64,000 bases of DNA from an uncultured Chlamydiae bacterium (GCA_963828125.1 CAWHDP010000002.1:1600001-1664000), one strand, 5' to 3'. Positions 30,901 to 40,815 are shown, numbered from the stretch's first letter. Made by a program: numbers and translations. Notes: a model not told the origin generated them from the sequence alone.

Positions 30901-33900
30901 GATCTCCCAAACGCCCCTCCAAGAGTAGAGTCCAAAGACTCCGTCATCGAGGGGAGCAGTTCCTGCGGCATGACAATCATCGATAGTTTTTGCCCATCTG
31001 CCGCTTTCAGCGCGAGGAGCGGAAGGAGAACCATTGTTTTCCCAGCGCCCATGATCATCTCTTGGGCCGTCCCTGGCGTCATGTTTTGTATGGCTTCGAT
31101 CTGCGCTTTTCTCAGCCGGATATTGTTGGCATATTCAATGAGGAGAAAATCGGGGTGTTTTTCGGGCGCATAGGCCCGCTTTTCTTTCCCCTCTACAGCG
31201 AGCGCTTCGATGAGCTGCTGCTTCTCAAGCCCCTCTGCTTGCCGGATAGCGCCATATTTTCTCGCCAGACGATCTAGATGCTGTCTTTGCGTTGCAACAA
31301 TGAGGAATTCCTTCGTCTTGCGATACACCGCATGGCAGTCGCTGAGCTGCAAAGCGGGATTTCTTTTCAGAAGCGCTTCAGTGTCTAACGTGAGAAAAAG
31401 CTTTAAAAGCTCTGGCAGTTCTATCGGTTTTTGCTGATCGCTTAAATAGCTTCCAAACTGTTTCAGCTGGGCAATCGGATTGGAGTCCAACTGATTAGCG
31501 GCTTTTAACAGATCAATCCCCAATTCCTCTTCCCTCATCCGGGCCATCAGGCTAGAGTGCTTGGCTCTTGTTTCCATTTCATCGAGCGGCATGCCTTCTT
31601 TGAGACGGTAGCGTTGCGTGGTCGCTTTCGGAGAGCGGGCAAATTCTTTTAAAGACTCCACGATTGCATCTTCACCTGCAAAGGTGCGCAAGAGGCTCTG
31701 ATGGGCCTCTTCATAAGGGGAGAGCGATTCGATCAAGAAAAAAGGGTCGAGATTCCCTACGTCAGGGATCGTTAGGGAAGAGGGCAAGTGTGTGGATTGT
31801 CCTTGCCGGTTTTGCGGAGACGCTCTGTTGCCGGAAGGGGGGATGAAGCGGTAGGGAGGATATGGGGGGCGTTCAAGGAGAGGGAGGGCGTATTTCTCTA
31901 TGGGGCGGCAAAGAGAGGCCAAGGCCTGCCAATCGGATATCTCCAGTAGAGGCGGGAAGGTAGACGGATGATCCATCACAGCGAGGAGCAGTGCGGCGGC
32001 GGCTCGCTCTCTTGGAGGCGAGTCACTTCGGATAATGAGGGCTAGGTTGTCGCGGATCTCGAGCCGCATCTCTTCTTCAGATTGAGGCCCAGTGTTTTTG
32101 AAAAAAGCGAAATGGAGATTTTCTAGGCGCCCTTCGGAGGGGTCTTTAAGACACGTATAGGTTGCGCGAATAAACTCTTGACTCCAACCTTGCGCTCGTA
32201 AAAAGAATTCAGTGGGCTCCGAAATGCCATTGTCATAATTGAGTAGTGGCTGCCGAGGATCCAGCAACAGCTGGACAACTGTCTGGTCCGCCTCGGAAGC
32301 CTCTTTCCCACGCATGAGGAAGAATGGGTCATATTCCTCCATCCGAGAGAGCATTTGAGGATGGTTGATGGCCTCTTCCTCAAAAATCCTGGCAAAGCGG
32401 GCCTCTTCCTCTTTTGTTGGGAGAAAGCGTGGAGGCGTCTGATCCCAATGTTGGAGTAAGTGGGCGTAGTGTTTTACAGAAATCTCTTTAGGCAGCTCTT
32501 GGAAAAAATGTTCATGATCGCGCAAAAGAAGCGAGCACCCTTTGGTCCGAAGGGCAATGGCTCTTGGATCGGGGTCTTGGACAATGAGTTTTTCGTTTGA
32601 GATCCAGTAGAGGATCTCTTTTTCATTGGGAGTTAGGGGACGGAGTTCCGAATCTGTTCCAATGAGATAAGTCCACGCCTTTTCGTACTGCTGCTCTGTT
32701 AACAAGAGATAACCGAGATAAAGGCGCTCTAGAGGATTTTTCGGAAGAAGATCCCCTGCGGGATCCAGCTCGAATGCTAACAAAGGCGCCGTTTGAATCC
32801 GATTGCAAATAGCCTCTGTTTGCAGTCCTTTGCCAGATTCTACGATTCTTTTATAGGCTGGCATTAGGACAAGTTTTTTACTTCCTTTTTCTAATGTTAA
32901 GTAGTTCTTCAAATCGCCAAGCGCTGGAATAAGTTGTTCTTTGGCCATTTTATACCCCTCAAATAGAGGACTAGAGGCGTTCCCCTCAGCATCGATATCA
33001 AAACGGAGAGATAATCTGGGCAACTGAACTTGTTTAAGGATCCCCTGATCCATCCAAGGAAGAATATAGGCAGAGCTTTCAATTCGCTCAAATGGGCTGA
33101 GTGATGGATCGACTGGACGTCCCAAGATCCATCCTGTGTCGGTGCGCCGTACTTCGAGAATTTGTGTATCCTGAATAGATACGCGGATGTTGTCTCCAAT
33201 CCAGCCTGTTCTACTAGAGCTGTCGAGAGAGAACCAGTAGTCTTTTCCCTGAAATGCTGCAGGAAGAGCGCTCATTGCGCCCTCATCCTTTGTAGACCAT
33301 TGCCCTTCTATTTGTTTGAAGACGCCTAGGGGAGTGGCGCCCAAGCAATACACGCGTATTTTTTCGCCATTCTTCGATAAGAATGTCCAGCTATCCCAGG
33401 AATCCAGCGCCGCATAGGCGAGCGTGGCTTGAGTGGGGTCAATGAAGGGGCGTACATCGGGATGCTCGCGAAGAAAATGGGGAAGCAATTGTAGTCGGCC
33501 TCCTTCATGGTAGACTTCGCCTTTTAAAAGATCGATAAAATTGGAGCGGTTCGCAGAGGTATAATAGGGAAACTGCGGATCGGCCATCCATTGGACAGGT
33601 TCAAAAGAGGGCTCAAGCCGCTGCATCACCTGATTGAGAATTTCATCTCGACCCGATCCATTGAGATCTCTGAACAATTTTTCTAGAGGAGTACGGAGGC
33701 GGATGAGGTGCGTTTTGGCAAGAGCTGCTTTTTCGTGAGGATAGTCTGGGGTTAAAAATTGTACATTGTTATTCCCCCGCTTGATTTCTACTGTTTTTTC
33801 TGGCCAGAGCAGTACGGGCAAGCGAATTGCAGCTTCTAAAAGATCGACTGGATTGAATGTATCCGGCGTCTGCATCAGCAGTAAATCGAGATACAGCAAC

Positions 33901-36900
33901 ACCTCTTCCTTAGGTGTGTGGAGTTTTCGATCGATGAGTTTCTTAAGCTCTTTTGCCGGTTGTATTTTAGGAGAATAACTTGGGTCGCGGTAGGCGATGA
34001 AGCGTTGGAATTTGTCGGTGATTTCAAGGTAAAAGGCAGTGGAAAGAGGGTTCCCTAATTCGGTATAGAGTTGGACGCCTTTTCGGCAAAACTCTTCAAA
34101 TTGAGAGATGAATTTCCCAGTTTCTTCTGGGTGTGCAATGAAAAATTCATGAAGTAAAGGCGGTTCGAAAAAAAGCTTTTTGAAGAGAAGTTGATCCGCT
34201 CGATTTGCAAGGAGGGCGAAGTTTTTTTGATAGTAAGCGATCGTTTCTCTGATTTGTAGAGCCGGATCGCCGCTCAGGGCCAGTCTGTCTCGCATCTCCT
34301 GTAAGGGCATCTGAAGAGCCAATGAATATCGCCCGTTGTCTAGTTTTTCCCTCTTGGAGCTGGGAAACTCCAGCAATCTCTCGGAAGGCGAAAGACGATG
34401 GCGAAATCTAGACTCAGTCCAAACATTTTTTATCGAGCCAACCTGTTGCACGACATGGTGTACATGGTATAGCTCCTCTAGCTCGGGAACGAGGCTGTCT
34501 TGAGTCATCATTAAGGCATAATTTGTGTCGTAACAACGATAATCACCTCCAAGGTCGGGATCGTCACAGAAATGGGTGGGAATGAGTGCGTAGGCGGACT
34601 CTTGCTTAAATAGTCTAAGCCCTGCTTCCCATTGGGCAACCTTAGTATATGGGTCGCTGTACAGTCTAGATGCGGAGCGGATACCATCATCCTGTTGAAC
34701 AAAGATGTCGTCGCTCCGTCCCCATACTAAAGATCCCATCACGCTATCAACGCAATAGGAAAGGTCCACAAGATCGGCAAAAGTAGGTGGTAACAAAGGT
34801 GATCTCTCCGATCCTGGCTTGTTGTAATCCTTTTTTTTCCCATGCAGGAGGATGTATGCCTGAACGATCAAAGGGTGATCTGCAAGATCGGGATCAGCGG
34901 CAAGCCGCTGTTGAATGGCGTCCCTTTGGATATATTTGCGCATCCATTGCAAATCTGGCCAGTCTACAGCTTTTTTCAGCGCTAGCTTTCGGTCTCCTTC
35001 CGTCGGATACATGTGGTGGAATGAGGAGTGTATGCGCTCAGCTGTTGAAGCGCGTTCGAATCCAAAGAAGGATAGTTTTGAGCGGTTTTTTCGCGGCTCG
35101 CATTCTCTCCAGTAGTCGCGTAGAAGTCGCAGATCCTCCTCCAGACGAGGATCGAAGAGATGGCTCGCGCTCGATTCTCCCTCTAGCAGGAGATCCATGT
35201 TTTTTTGATAAAGATTAGGGAGAATAAGCCCTCCTCGATCCTTAAAAGCCCCATTGAGAGCATGGTTGAGGGTGAGCAATTTGATCGGTGCAAGGGCGAC
35301 TCGAGGCAAAAGGGGAGATGGATTGTCCCTCCACTGCTCCAGATATCTAAATCTGGGTCTGATAAAGAGCGTGCTGTACAGATAATTCTTGCCTATTTCG
35401 GCCAACAGACGGCTGAGCGAGATCGCCTCATCGGGTGTAAGGGCGGCAAAGAGCTCCTCTTTTCGTTGAAACGGAATGCGTTCCACCCATTCCAAAATAG
35501 CTTCCTGCACAAGGGCGTAGTCGCGCTGCTCATTGCCTTTTGCAAAACGAGCCTGCCAGGCCGCGGTTTCGCTTAGAAAAGAGGCTGGATTAAAGGGGGT
35601 ATCCCCCAAAGACAAAAGATCCAGAGGATTCCCTCTGCGGGTGACTCCATTTGTGAATAAGTTCTGCGGCTTTGAGAAAGTCTTTATATTTGATTGAAAG
35701 ATTTCGGTTTGTAAAGAATGAACCATCGCTGCTTTTGGCGCCTCTACAATAGCAAGCCCGATTGCCTTCTGAATATGCACCAAATCTTTTTGAGCAATCA
35801 TCCCCTGATCAAAAGCGGCTTGCCCATTTCTAGCTAGTTGCTCTCCCGCCTTTTGGATCAAGTTCCGGTGGCTCTCTAATTGACGATCGGCAGAACGGGC
35901 AAAATCGGCAAACACCTTCGTTTGCAATTCGATTTGCCACCGATCAAATAATTCCGGAGAGAAACTCTTCATCCAGTAGGCCAAAGAGAGATAGCTGCAA
36001 AAACCGACGGATAGAGTTTTAGACAGATTTTCCATTCGATCGGCGCTATGCTGTATTTTGCCCCCTAAATGGGACGCAAGAGCTTCGTACACCTCGACTC
36101 CGCGCCACCGCGTCTCCACACCCTTGCTTTGTTGAGACCCTTGTCTCATCATCCAAAGAACTTTGCTGAAGGGGGGACTCACTATCCGATTGGGATGGAT
36201 ATCCTGAATCTCAGATATAAAAACATGGTGCAACTGATCATGAATCACTACTTTTTCATGATATTCCAGCCCCTCCCCGCTATTATAAATTTTCAATGTG
36301 AAGAGGTTGTTCTGTTGTTTGAACACTTCAAAGACAATCGCATGACCCTCTTTTGTATTGAGCCATGTCACCTGAAAGAAGAAACCCTTGCCAGGTACTA
36401 AGGAGGATATTTCCCCTTGCAAAGCCTGAACGAGCTGTTCAGGGCCCTGATCGAACGCTTCGGCCAATTTCCCTGCAATTTGAAATTGGGAAAGGAGTGC
36501 ATCATAGGGACCAGAATCTTTGGCAAGAGATTTTCTCTGCTCCAATGCGCGGCTGATAAATTCTCTCATTAGGTTGTTGTTATATCCTTCTAAGCCAGAC
36601 TCTTGCGCAAACGTCTCTCCAAGCAAGTGAGCGCATAGCTTAGCATCGACAGGAAGAGGGGGTGTATCGAGCCATTTCTCCATGGCAGACTCAGTCTGGC
36701 GGACAGGCTGAGCCGCTGGAGCCGCTGGCGCAGGTGGAGGCGAGAAAAAAGCCCCTCTCAAATCTATCACTGGAGGGTGGGATATTAAAGAGGTTCGATG
36801 ACGCTGCATCACTTGAGCCGGATCTAACTGAGCGGAATCCTTGCGGCATCGATCTAGAATGGAGCGGGCATTTGGATACCTGTTAGTGAATTGTAAAAAT

Positions 36901-37757
36901 TCCATGTCGTTCATTTTTCGAAGATCATTCAACTTTTCCCCTACCGCCTTACCCACAAAGGCAACCTCGCGCTCTTGCTTTGGGCTTAAAGAAATCGGTT
37001 TGTGTCTTCTGATCTCCCGATTGAAAACAGATGGCATTGGCTCTTTTTGGATGAAGTCGATCACTTGCGCGCCTAGCTGCATAGAGCCAAAGACCCCATT
37101 CCAAAACCGTTTTTTCCAATCACTCATCCCGGCGTCAGGCTTTCCCTTTTCTGCATTGATTTTTTTTACTTTTCTCTGGTAAATCAATTTTTTAGACAGA
37201 TCGAGTTTGGATCGGATCGGAGGAAACTGTTCTAAAAAAGAGATGAGGGAACGGGCCTGCGTGAAAAACTGATCCCGTAAATGGTTTTTGTGTTGCTCCA
37301 ATGAGGGGAAAAGGGTTTGTATCGGATGGCGGATCGCGTCGACGAATTCATGGAGAAGCCCTGAACCTTGGAATTCCTCTAACGAAGGGAGTTTTTTAAC
37401 CCATTGAAGAAATTTTTTGATTTCGTGCCCGCTTTTGCCGTGAGATTGGATGATGACTCTAGCGAGGGGTAAGTAAGTCTCTAAGGCGTCCCGAACGGCG
37501 ATGAGATCGAGCAGATAGCTGTTGAGCTCCTCGACGGTGACTGTTTTTTTCCTGGCTCCCTCGATGGCTTTCACAACATGGGAAAAAAGAGGCCTTAATT
37601 TTGTGGCGTCTAATGCAGATAAGTCTCCCATTTTCAATGAGTTGATTTGTTTGTGGACCTCCAGAAGAGCCTTCTCGCAGCCCTCTTTTATGGGGACAAG
37701 CGAACCCTCTGACTTAGGTTGGTGTAAACAATATATTTTACTTAAATTAACTGTCAT
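27930..37757 (-). CDS. Giant 3275-aa protein with DUF3638-like P-loop/SF2-like domain and putative N-terminal cysteine-protease-like domain
   Basis: Uninterrupted ORF; EMIMGAGKT (~aa 2236), LDEMH, GFSGT, YWDQKHNTGSD, QSVWRLRSL..GQ, EQEQEQ tract; GHAIV...YNSGEG...GFCSY near aa 472-587. Confidence 0.75.
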   Translation of the reverse strand: MTVNLSKIYCLHQPKSEGSLVPIKEGCEKALLEVHKQINSLKMGDLSALDATKLRPLFSHVVKAIEGARKKTVTVEELNSYLLDLIAVRDALETYLPLARVIIQSHGKSGHEIKKFLQWVKKLPSLEEFQGSGLLHEFVDAIRHPIQTLFPSLEQHKNHLRDQFFTQARSLISFLEQFPPIRSKLDLSKKLIYQRKVKKINAEKGKPDAGMSDWKKRFWNGVFGSMQLGAQVIDFIQKEPMPSVFNREIRRHKPISLSPKQEREVAFVGKAVGEKLNDLRKMNDMEFLQFTNRYPNARSILDRCRKDSAQLDPAQVMQRHRTSLISHPPVIDLRGAFFSPPPAPAAPAAQPVRQTESAMEKWLDTPPLPVDAKLCAHLLGETFAQESGLEGYNNNLMREFISRALEQRKSLAKDSGPYDALLSQFQIAGKLAEAFDQGPEQLVQALQGEISSLVPGKGFFFQVTWLNTKEGHAIVFEVFKQQNNLFTLKIYNSGEGLEYHEKVVIHDQLHHVFISEIQDIHPNRIVSPPFSKVLWMMRQGSQQSKGVETRWRGVEVYEALASHLGGKIQHSADRMENLSKTLSVGFCSYLSLAYWMKSFSPELFDRWQIELQTKVFADFARSADRQLESHRNLIQKAGEQLARNGQAAFDQGMIAQKDLVHIQKAIGLAIVEAPKAAMVHSLQTEIFQSNIKTFSKPQNLFTNGVTRRGNPLDLLSLGDTPFNPASFLSETAAWQARFAKGNEQRDYALVQEAILEWVERIPFQRKEELFAALTPDEAISLSRLLAEIGKNYLYSTLFIRPRFRYLEQWRDNPSPLLPRVALAPIKLLTLNHALNGAFKDRGGLILPNLYQKNMDLLLEGESSASHLFDPRLEEDLRLLRDYWRECEPRKNRSKLSFFGFERASTAERIHSSFHHMYPTEGDRKLALKKAVDWPDLQWMRKYIQRDAIQQRLAADPDLADHPLIVQAYILLHGKKKDYNKPGSERSPLLPPTFADLVDLSYCVDSVMGSLVWGRSDDIFVQQDDGIRSASRLYSDPYTKVAQWEAGLRLFKQESAYALIPTHFCDDPDLGGDYRCYDTNYALMMTQDSLVPELEELYHVHHVVQQVGSIKNVWTESRFRHRLSPSERLLEFPSSKREKLDNGRYSLALQMPLQEMRDRLALSGDPALQIRETIAYYQKNFALLANRADQLLFKKLFFEPPLLHEFFIAHPEETGKFISQFEEFCRKGVQLYTELGNPLSTAFYLEITDKFQRFIAYRDPSYSPKIQPAKELKKLIDRKLHTPKEEVLLYLDLLLMQTPDTFNPVDLLEAAIRLPVLLWPEKTVEIKRGNNNVQFLTPDYPHEKAALAKTHLIRLRTPLEKLFRDLNGSGRDEILNQVMQRLEPSFEPVQWMADPQFPYYTSANRSNFIDLLKGEVYHEGGRLQLLPHFLREHPDVRPFIDPTQATLAYAALDSWDSWTFLSKNGEKIRVYCLGATPLGVFKQIEGQWSTKDEGAMSALPAAFQGKDYWFSLDSSSRTGWIGDNIRVSIQDTQILEVRRTDTGWILGRPVDPSLSPFERIESSAYILPWMDQGILKQVQLPRLSLRFDIDAEGNASSPLFEGYKMAKEQLIPALGDLKNYLTLEKGSKKLVLMPAYKRIVESGKGLQTEAICNRIQTAPLLAFELDPAGDLLPKNPLERLYLGYLLLTEQQYEKAWTYLIGTDSELRPLTPNEKEILYWISNEKLIVQDPDPRAIALRTKGCSLLLRDHEHFFQELPKEISVKHYAHLLQHWDQTPPRFLPTKEEEARFARIFEEEAINHPQMLSRMEEYDPFFLMRGKEASEADQTVVQLLLDPRQPLLNYDNGISEPTEFFLRAQGWSQEFIRATYTCLKDPSEGRLENLHFAFFKNTGPQSEEEMRLEIRDNLALIIRSDSPPRERAAAALLLAVMDHPSTFPPLLEISDWQALASLCRPIEKYALPLLERPPYPPYRFIPPSGNRASPQNRQGQSTHLPSSLTIPDVGNLDPFFLIESLSPYEEAHQSLLRTFAGEDAIVESLKEFARSPKATTQRYRLKEGMPLDEMETRAKHSSLMARMREEELGIDLLKAANQLDSNPIAQLKQFGSYLSDQQKPIELPELLKLFLTLDTEALLKRNPALQLSDCHAVYRKTKEFLIVATQRQHLDRLARKYGAIRQAEGLEKQQLIEALAVEGKEKRAYAPEKHPDFLLIEYANNIRLRKAQIEAIQNMTPGTAQEMIMGAGKTMVLLPLLALKAADGQKLSMIVMPQELLPSMTESLDSTLGGAFGRSIDVFFFNRDTRLNVQNLKRIYERMQNAIPKRRVIAMSGSSMQSLFLIGIDALYKNTEEAPIFREIFALMKRSGSLILDEMHLLLDCLQAHHFSEGEKEPLSSVEMDETMRLLHLLLQKGWDGTKPIAKEEYDAQWKTGLVDEVLKSKEFAPFSKAALRSYLLEEEGQQSAIYVDRIESRDVQNTLAALKEQLNRVLRLTLSKQIDEHFGGVPPWTHHKGESTQVAIPYHGSQNPVIGSQFGSDLETINYTTLLHFIKGVDAAVVKQELDLIKKKVLQEIQELRIQDLHQTPSYQRFINLAGTDRYLLFTLAPECIAAIQKNINEKPELKLQLIRSWILPNLRTYPTQLFTNGHILPLLVKEIRGFSGTNWNSNTFPKEFHRRIQSDTQTYTLHLLQMQKAPLLVPKGPKELLKTLSGQSLGDRGAVFRQMKNREVAEALLANSNAKGVVYYEGDLLKVCLRGQDPINYSACPFPKEELLAYWDQKHNTGSDVPLGPAAKAIITAGRHTSFFELSQSVWRLRSLHQGQTVQFAIAEEEAAFIQKILHQETGRPKDVALETEDLFKYCWLKEKAMGKDHAARALKYKLANELISPVFHQICDVKQKAPNRSILKELFYLEKGRDPYERYGQIARPTPKGAAVQHQIGQILLSHTFQTFSQDSQKKIQTQIKGIGAAELQNLPDEISSLASNYEREVETETQTEQEQEQEQEQEQEVEKEIEQDLFIKDRQFTPRGHVSWEGPLSADDFHPTAAAALSQLTLSIQDAYPLDLFRAQKLTPVVAVKEALKPFKMSIPFDPALTASASFLPLHGEGRSVYPFTPFGKHQDIVQETLLIQDLATGELRMMLINQDEAKQFEERLTRERSSLEKGIRLALYHIDYGLYSQGPGFPSEETLHTDLHFMKLKAQAKFFNGEVHYSQVELRCLGAWFSELQHTQATVGEQIQSWFSQPKDPLSEVQKVFEQEILKWKQKSAAEYPQSALKQLFEQHRLF
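28765..28800. repeat. Hexanucleotide tandem repeat (TGCTCT)5 TGCTCG encoding a Glu-Gln tract
   Basis: Directly visible; in frame within the giant ORF. Confidence 0.9.
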
Positions 37758-38115
37758 GCTGTGAACATTTAGTTTTATTGAACATTTTACATATTAATTC
37801 AATATAAGTACATTTTTATTTTAAACTAGCAAATGAAATGACCAGGTAAGAATTCAACGGAAGCTATATTGCGTGCGGTGTACACTCTCTCCCAAAATTG
37901 AGATGGAGCAAGAATATGAGGGCGCTTTTACATAATGTAACGACCGCAATGGGAGATGTCAGTTTAATGGGAGAAACCCATCATGCAGCCGCTCCAACAT
38001 ATGAGCGCAGGCTCGAAAAGATGCGAAGTGGAGAAGAGACCCACCCTCCGAAAAACAGATCGCAGCTTTGGAGAGATTCGGGATACGCAGGTCCTAATCT
38101 TACAATTTGTTCATT

Positions 38116-39738
38116 CTAGTACTTTTTTCTCTCTAATTTATCGCAAATTGCCTGTATCGAGGGTACAGTTGGACTAAAAGATTTAAAAATCAGATCAGCG
38201 CTGGAAAAAAGAGCAGCATCTAAAGGGTCTCTCAAGCTTAAAAGAACCACGGATTTTTCCATTTTCAAAAGAGATTCTGTCATAGCCGCGGCAGAAGGAT
38301 TTTTCCACGCATTATAAGAGCATATCACCACAACATCTGCTGTTTCCGCTCCTTGCATCACAGCTTTTACTTCATCATTTGATGGGTTAAGGCTATTAAA
38401 AAAGTAAGCATCGGTTGACTTCCCAAGTTTAAACATTGAAGTATTCTGTAAGCTGTTTTGTAGGATACCTGGAGCCACTACAAAAATCTTTTTGTCGCTC
38501 AAATAAGCAACTTTACTAGATTGCTTCTCGACTGTCTCTAAAGCAAGAGAAGCAATTTTTTGAGCAATAGCACGGTGGCCTGGAGTATCAATTCTGTCGC
38601 TATAATTTGTAGATTGAAGCTCTACTTGGGAACTTAAATACTGATCTTTCAATTTCAGGATTCGTGTTACTGCTTTATTCAACTTTGTCTCAGAAATACG
38701 CCCATTTTTAACCGCTTCAACAATTGCACCATGAATTCTTTGCACATCAGCAGTAGTCAATTCAAAGCCCGTATGTTCGCCACTTAATAGTTTGCCACCT
38801 AAAATGAGTAGATCACATCCCGCGTTCAAAGCCATGATTGAAGCCTCATCGACAGAATGACATTTTTTAAGCACACCATCCATCACCAGAGAGTCTGCAA
38901 CAATCACTCCTTGAAAACCGATCGTTTCTCTGAGATAAGTTAAGGTCTTTTCGGAGAGAGTAGAACAATTCTCCGAATCTAAAGCAGGCACGAGGATATG
39001 AGCTGTCATGATTGCATCAGCGAAGGAAGAAAGTTTTGCAAAGGGAAGAAGCTCTACCGATTCCAGCATTTTCTTAGATTTACGGATTACAGGCAAATCT
39101 TCATGAGGGTCTACAGCCACATCACCATAGCCAGGAAAGTGTTTTAAAGTGGCAATGACCCGGGCTTGCTTAAAACCCTCTAGAAATTGTTTTCCAAATG
39201 CAGTGACCGTGTCTGGGTTATCTCCAAAAGAACGGACTCCAATCACAGGATTTCTTGGATTACTGTTCACATCAACCACAGGAGCAAGATTCATGTTGAT
39301 TCCAACAACTTGTAATTCTTCTCCCATAGAAAAAGCTGCTAGTTTCGCAAGATGGGGGTCTCCAGCTTCTCCGAGCGCCCTGTTTCCTGGAAAACTAATA
39401 AATCCAGACTGCAAACGGGCAACCACCCCTCCTTCTTGATCTGCAGCAATAAGAAGGGGGATTGAGAAACGATTCTCTTTTGCTAACTTTTGAAGACCTG
39501 AACTCAAGGTAAATACCTGTTTAGGAGAATGTAATCCATTGGACCAGTTGTAATAAATAACTCCGCCAACCTTCACATTCTGAATCAGAGTTTTTGCATC
39601 ATCATTGACCATTTCTCCATGAAAATGGACCATTAAAACTTGCCCTACTTTCTCTTCCAAGGACATTTTTTCCAAAAGTTCCGATCCAAAACAACAACGA
39701 GTCCATACGCATAAAGAAAAGAAAACGCTCCACTTCAT
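38116..39738 (-). CDS. nagZ: GH3 beta-N-acetylhexosaminidase with signal peptide
   Basis: ADQEGG, APVVDV, IGVRSFG, KHFPGYG....DPH, IMTAH, ADSLVM, AGCDLL. Confidence 0.88.
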   Translation of the reverse strand: MKWSVFFSLCVWTRCCFGSELLEKMSLEEKVGQVLMVHFHGEMVNDDAKTLIQNVKVGGVIYYNWSNGLHSPKQVFTLSSGLQKLAKENRFSIPLLIAADQEGGVVARLQSGFISFPGNRALGEAGDPHLAKLAAFSMGEELQVVGINMNLAPVVDVNSNPRNPVIGVRSFGDNPDTVTAFGKQFLEGFKQARVIATLKHFPGYGDVAVDPHEDLPVIRKSKKMLESVELLPFAKLSSFADAIMTAHILVPALDSENCSTLSEKTLTYLRETIGFQGVIVADSLVMDGVLKKCHSVDEASIMALNAGCDLLILGGKLLSGEHTGFELTTADVQRIHGAIVEAVKNGRISETKLNKAVTRILKLKDQYLSSQVELQSTNYSDRIDTPGHRAIAQKIASLALETVEKQSSKVAYLSDKKIFVVAPGILQNSLQNTSMFKLGKSTDAYFFNSLNPSNDEVKAVMQGAETADVVVICSYNAWKNPSAAAMTESLLKMEKSVVLLSLRDPLDAALFSSADLIFKSFSPTVPSIQAICDKLERKKY

Positions 39739-39986
39739 GGTTTCTCACAAATGTATTTAGCATCAAAATTATACTGAAAAATTTGAATCCAGTCTATGAA
39801 AATGGTTTCAAGTGGTATCCAAAAGTCATACCATTGATTAATCAGATCGTTATCTTGGATCTCAGAAGCATCTAGTGCTCCTTCAAGCTTGCCAACTGTT
39901 CTATAAAAATCTTGAGTTTCGTTATTAAGATAAATTTCCATTAAATCAATCATGCTTTTCCGTAATCGATGTTGATGTTCATTCAT
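39735..39986 (-). CDS. Small hypothetical protein, possible orphan immunity protein with altered C-terminus
   Basis: Acidic, aromatic-rich 83 aa; second small gene downstream of a toxin-like tip. Confidence 0.45.
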   Translation of the reverse strand: MNEHQHRLRKSMIDLMEIYLNNETQDFYRTVGKLEGALDASEIQDNDLINQWYDFWIPLETIFIDWIQIFQYNFDAKYICEKP

Positions 39987-40007
39987 TTTATAAGTTCTTT
40001 TGTCATA

Positions 40008-40469
40008 TTAGTTTGGTAAATCTCTTGGTTTTAGCCAAATAGCTATGATTTCTTGATCTTTTAAAGATGCAACACAATTAGGAGCAAATTCAATCATTTC
40101 TTTGGCATTGTTTTTTGGATTCCCAATACACACCCACCCTTTTTTCTTATTAATGTAAATCGGCCATCTTTCTTTCTCATTTAATCTATAAGAAATGCCT
40201 GGGATAGGAGGTTTATCCAATAAGGCAACAAGACTGCCAGCCTTATATTTAAGTGGAAATTCATCGATCTCCTCGTATTTAATTAATGGGCATAATCCCC
40301 ACACATACATAATCTTTCCCTCATGATCAATTTCTAACTGAAGGTCATTAATCATAATTGATGTATCTCCAGTCCCATCAAGAGGCTCTACATCAAATGA
40401 GTAATCTTCGGGCCGATAAACGAGAGAAAAATTTTGATCTTCTTGAGGCTCTTGAATGATAAATTTCAT
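40008..40469 (-). CDS. Hypothetical protein, candidate cognate immunity protein
   Basis: 153 aa; starts 7 bp after the stop of the toxin-like fragment. Confidence 0.6.
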   Translation of the reverse strand: MKFIIQEPQEDQNFSLVYRPEDYSFDVEPLDGTGDTSIMINDLQLEIDHEGKIMYVWGLCPLIKYEEIDEFPLKYKAGSLVALLDKPPIPGISYRLNEKERWPIYINKKKGWVCIGNPKNNAKEMIEFAPNCVASLKDQEIIAIWLKPRDLPN

Positions 40470-40476
40470 CTTTTAC

Positions 40477-40734
40477 CTACTTAAAGTTAAAATGATAAAT
40501 CATATTTGTTTCGGGATGTATAACCAATTCCCATGTTCCTTCGCTTCCTCTCAAAGATCCAGGAATATCCCAACGTAAACCACCAGGAATTCCCCCTGGA
40601 TCGGGTAATGGTTTCCCAGCAGTCATAATTTCTTCTATTGTTAATGGTGATTTCATGTATGGTCGCGATAATCTACCTGCATTGGGCCCTCTCTTAACAA
40701 ATTCAGTAAAGTGTTTTGCAGCTGTGTTAGAATA
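40477..40734 (-). pseudogene. Orphan C-terminal tip of a polymorphic toxin (RHS/LXG/CDI type), 5'-truncated by IS
   Basis: Hand translation: YSNTAAKHFTEFVKRGPNAGRLSRPYMKSPLTIEEIMTAGKPLPDPGGIPGGLRWDIPGSLRGSEGTWELVIHPETNMIYHFNFK*; absent from the ORF track. Confidence 0.65.
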
Positions 40735-40815
40735 TGAACCTATCTTCAGTTACTTAATAAAGTGAGCATGATTGGAATCCTTTAGCCGCGCACAGCGGCT
40801 TGTGTCCTCAAAAAG

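Noticed and set aside
37898..38119. 73-aa ORF at the island border
   Set aside because: No recognisable motif or clear RBS; may be a gene remnant but cannot be supported
40782..40810. Group II intron domain V-like sequence (AGCCG…)
   Set aside because: Only a short hairpin; lacks the domain V/VI geometry and any reverse transcriptase ORF
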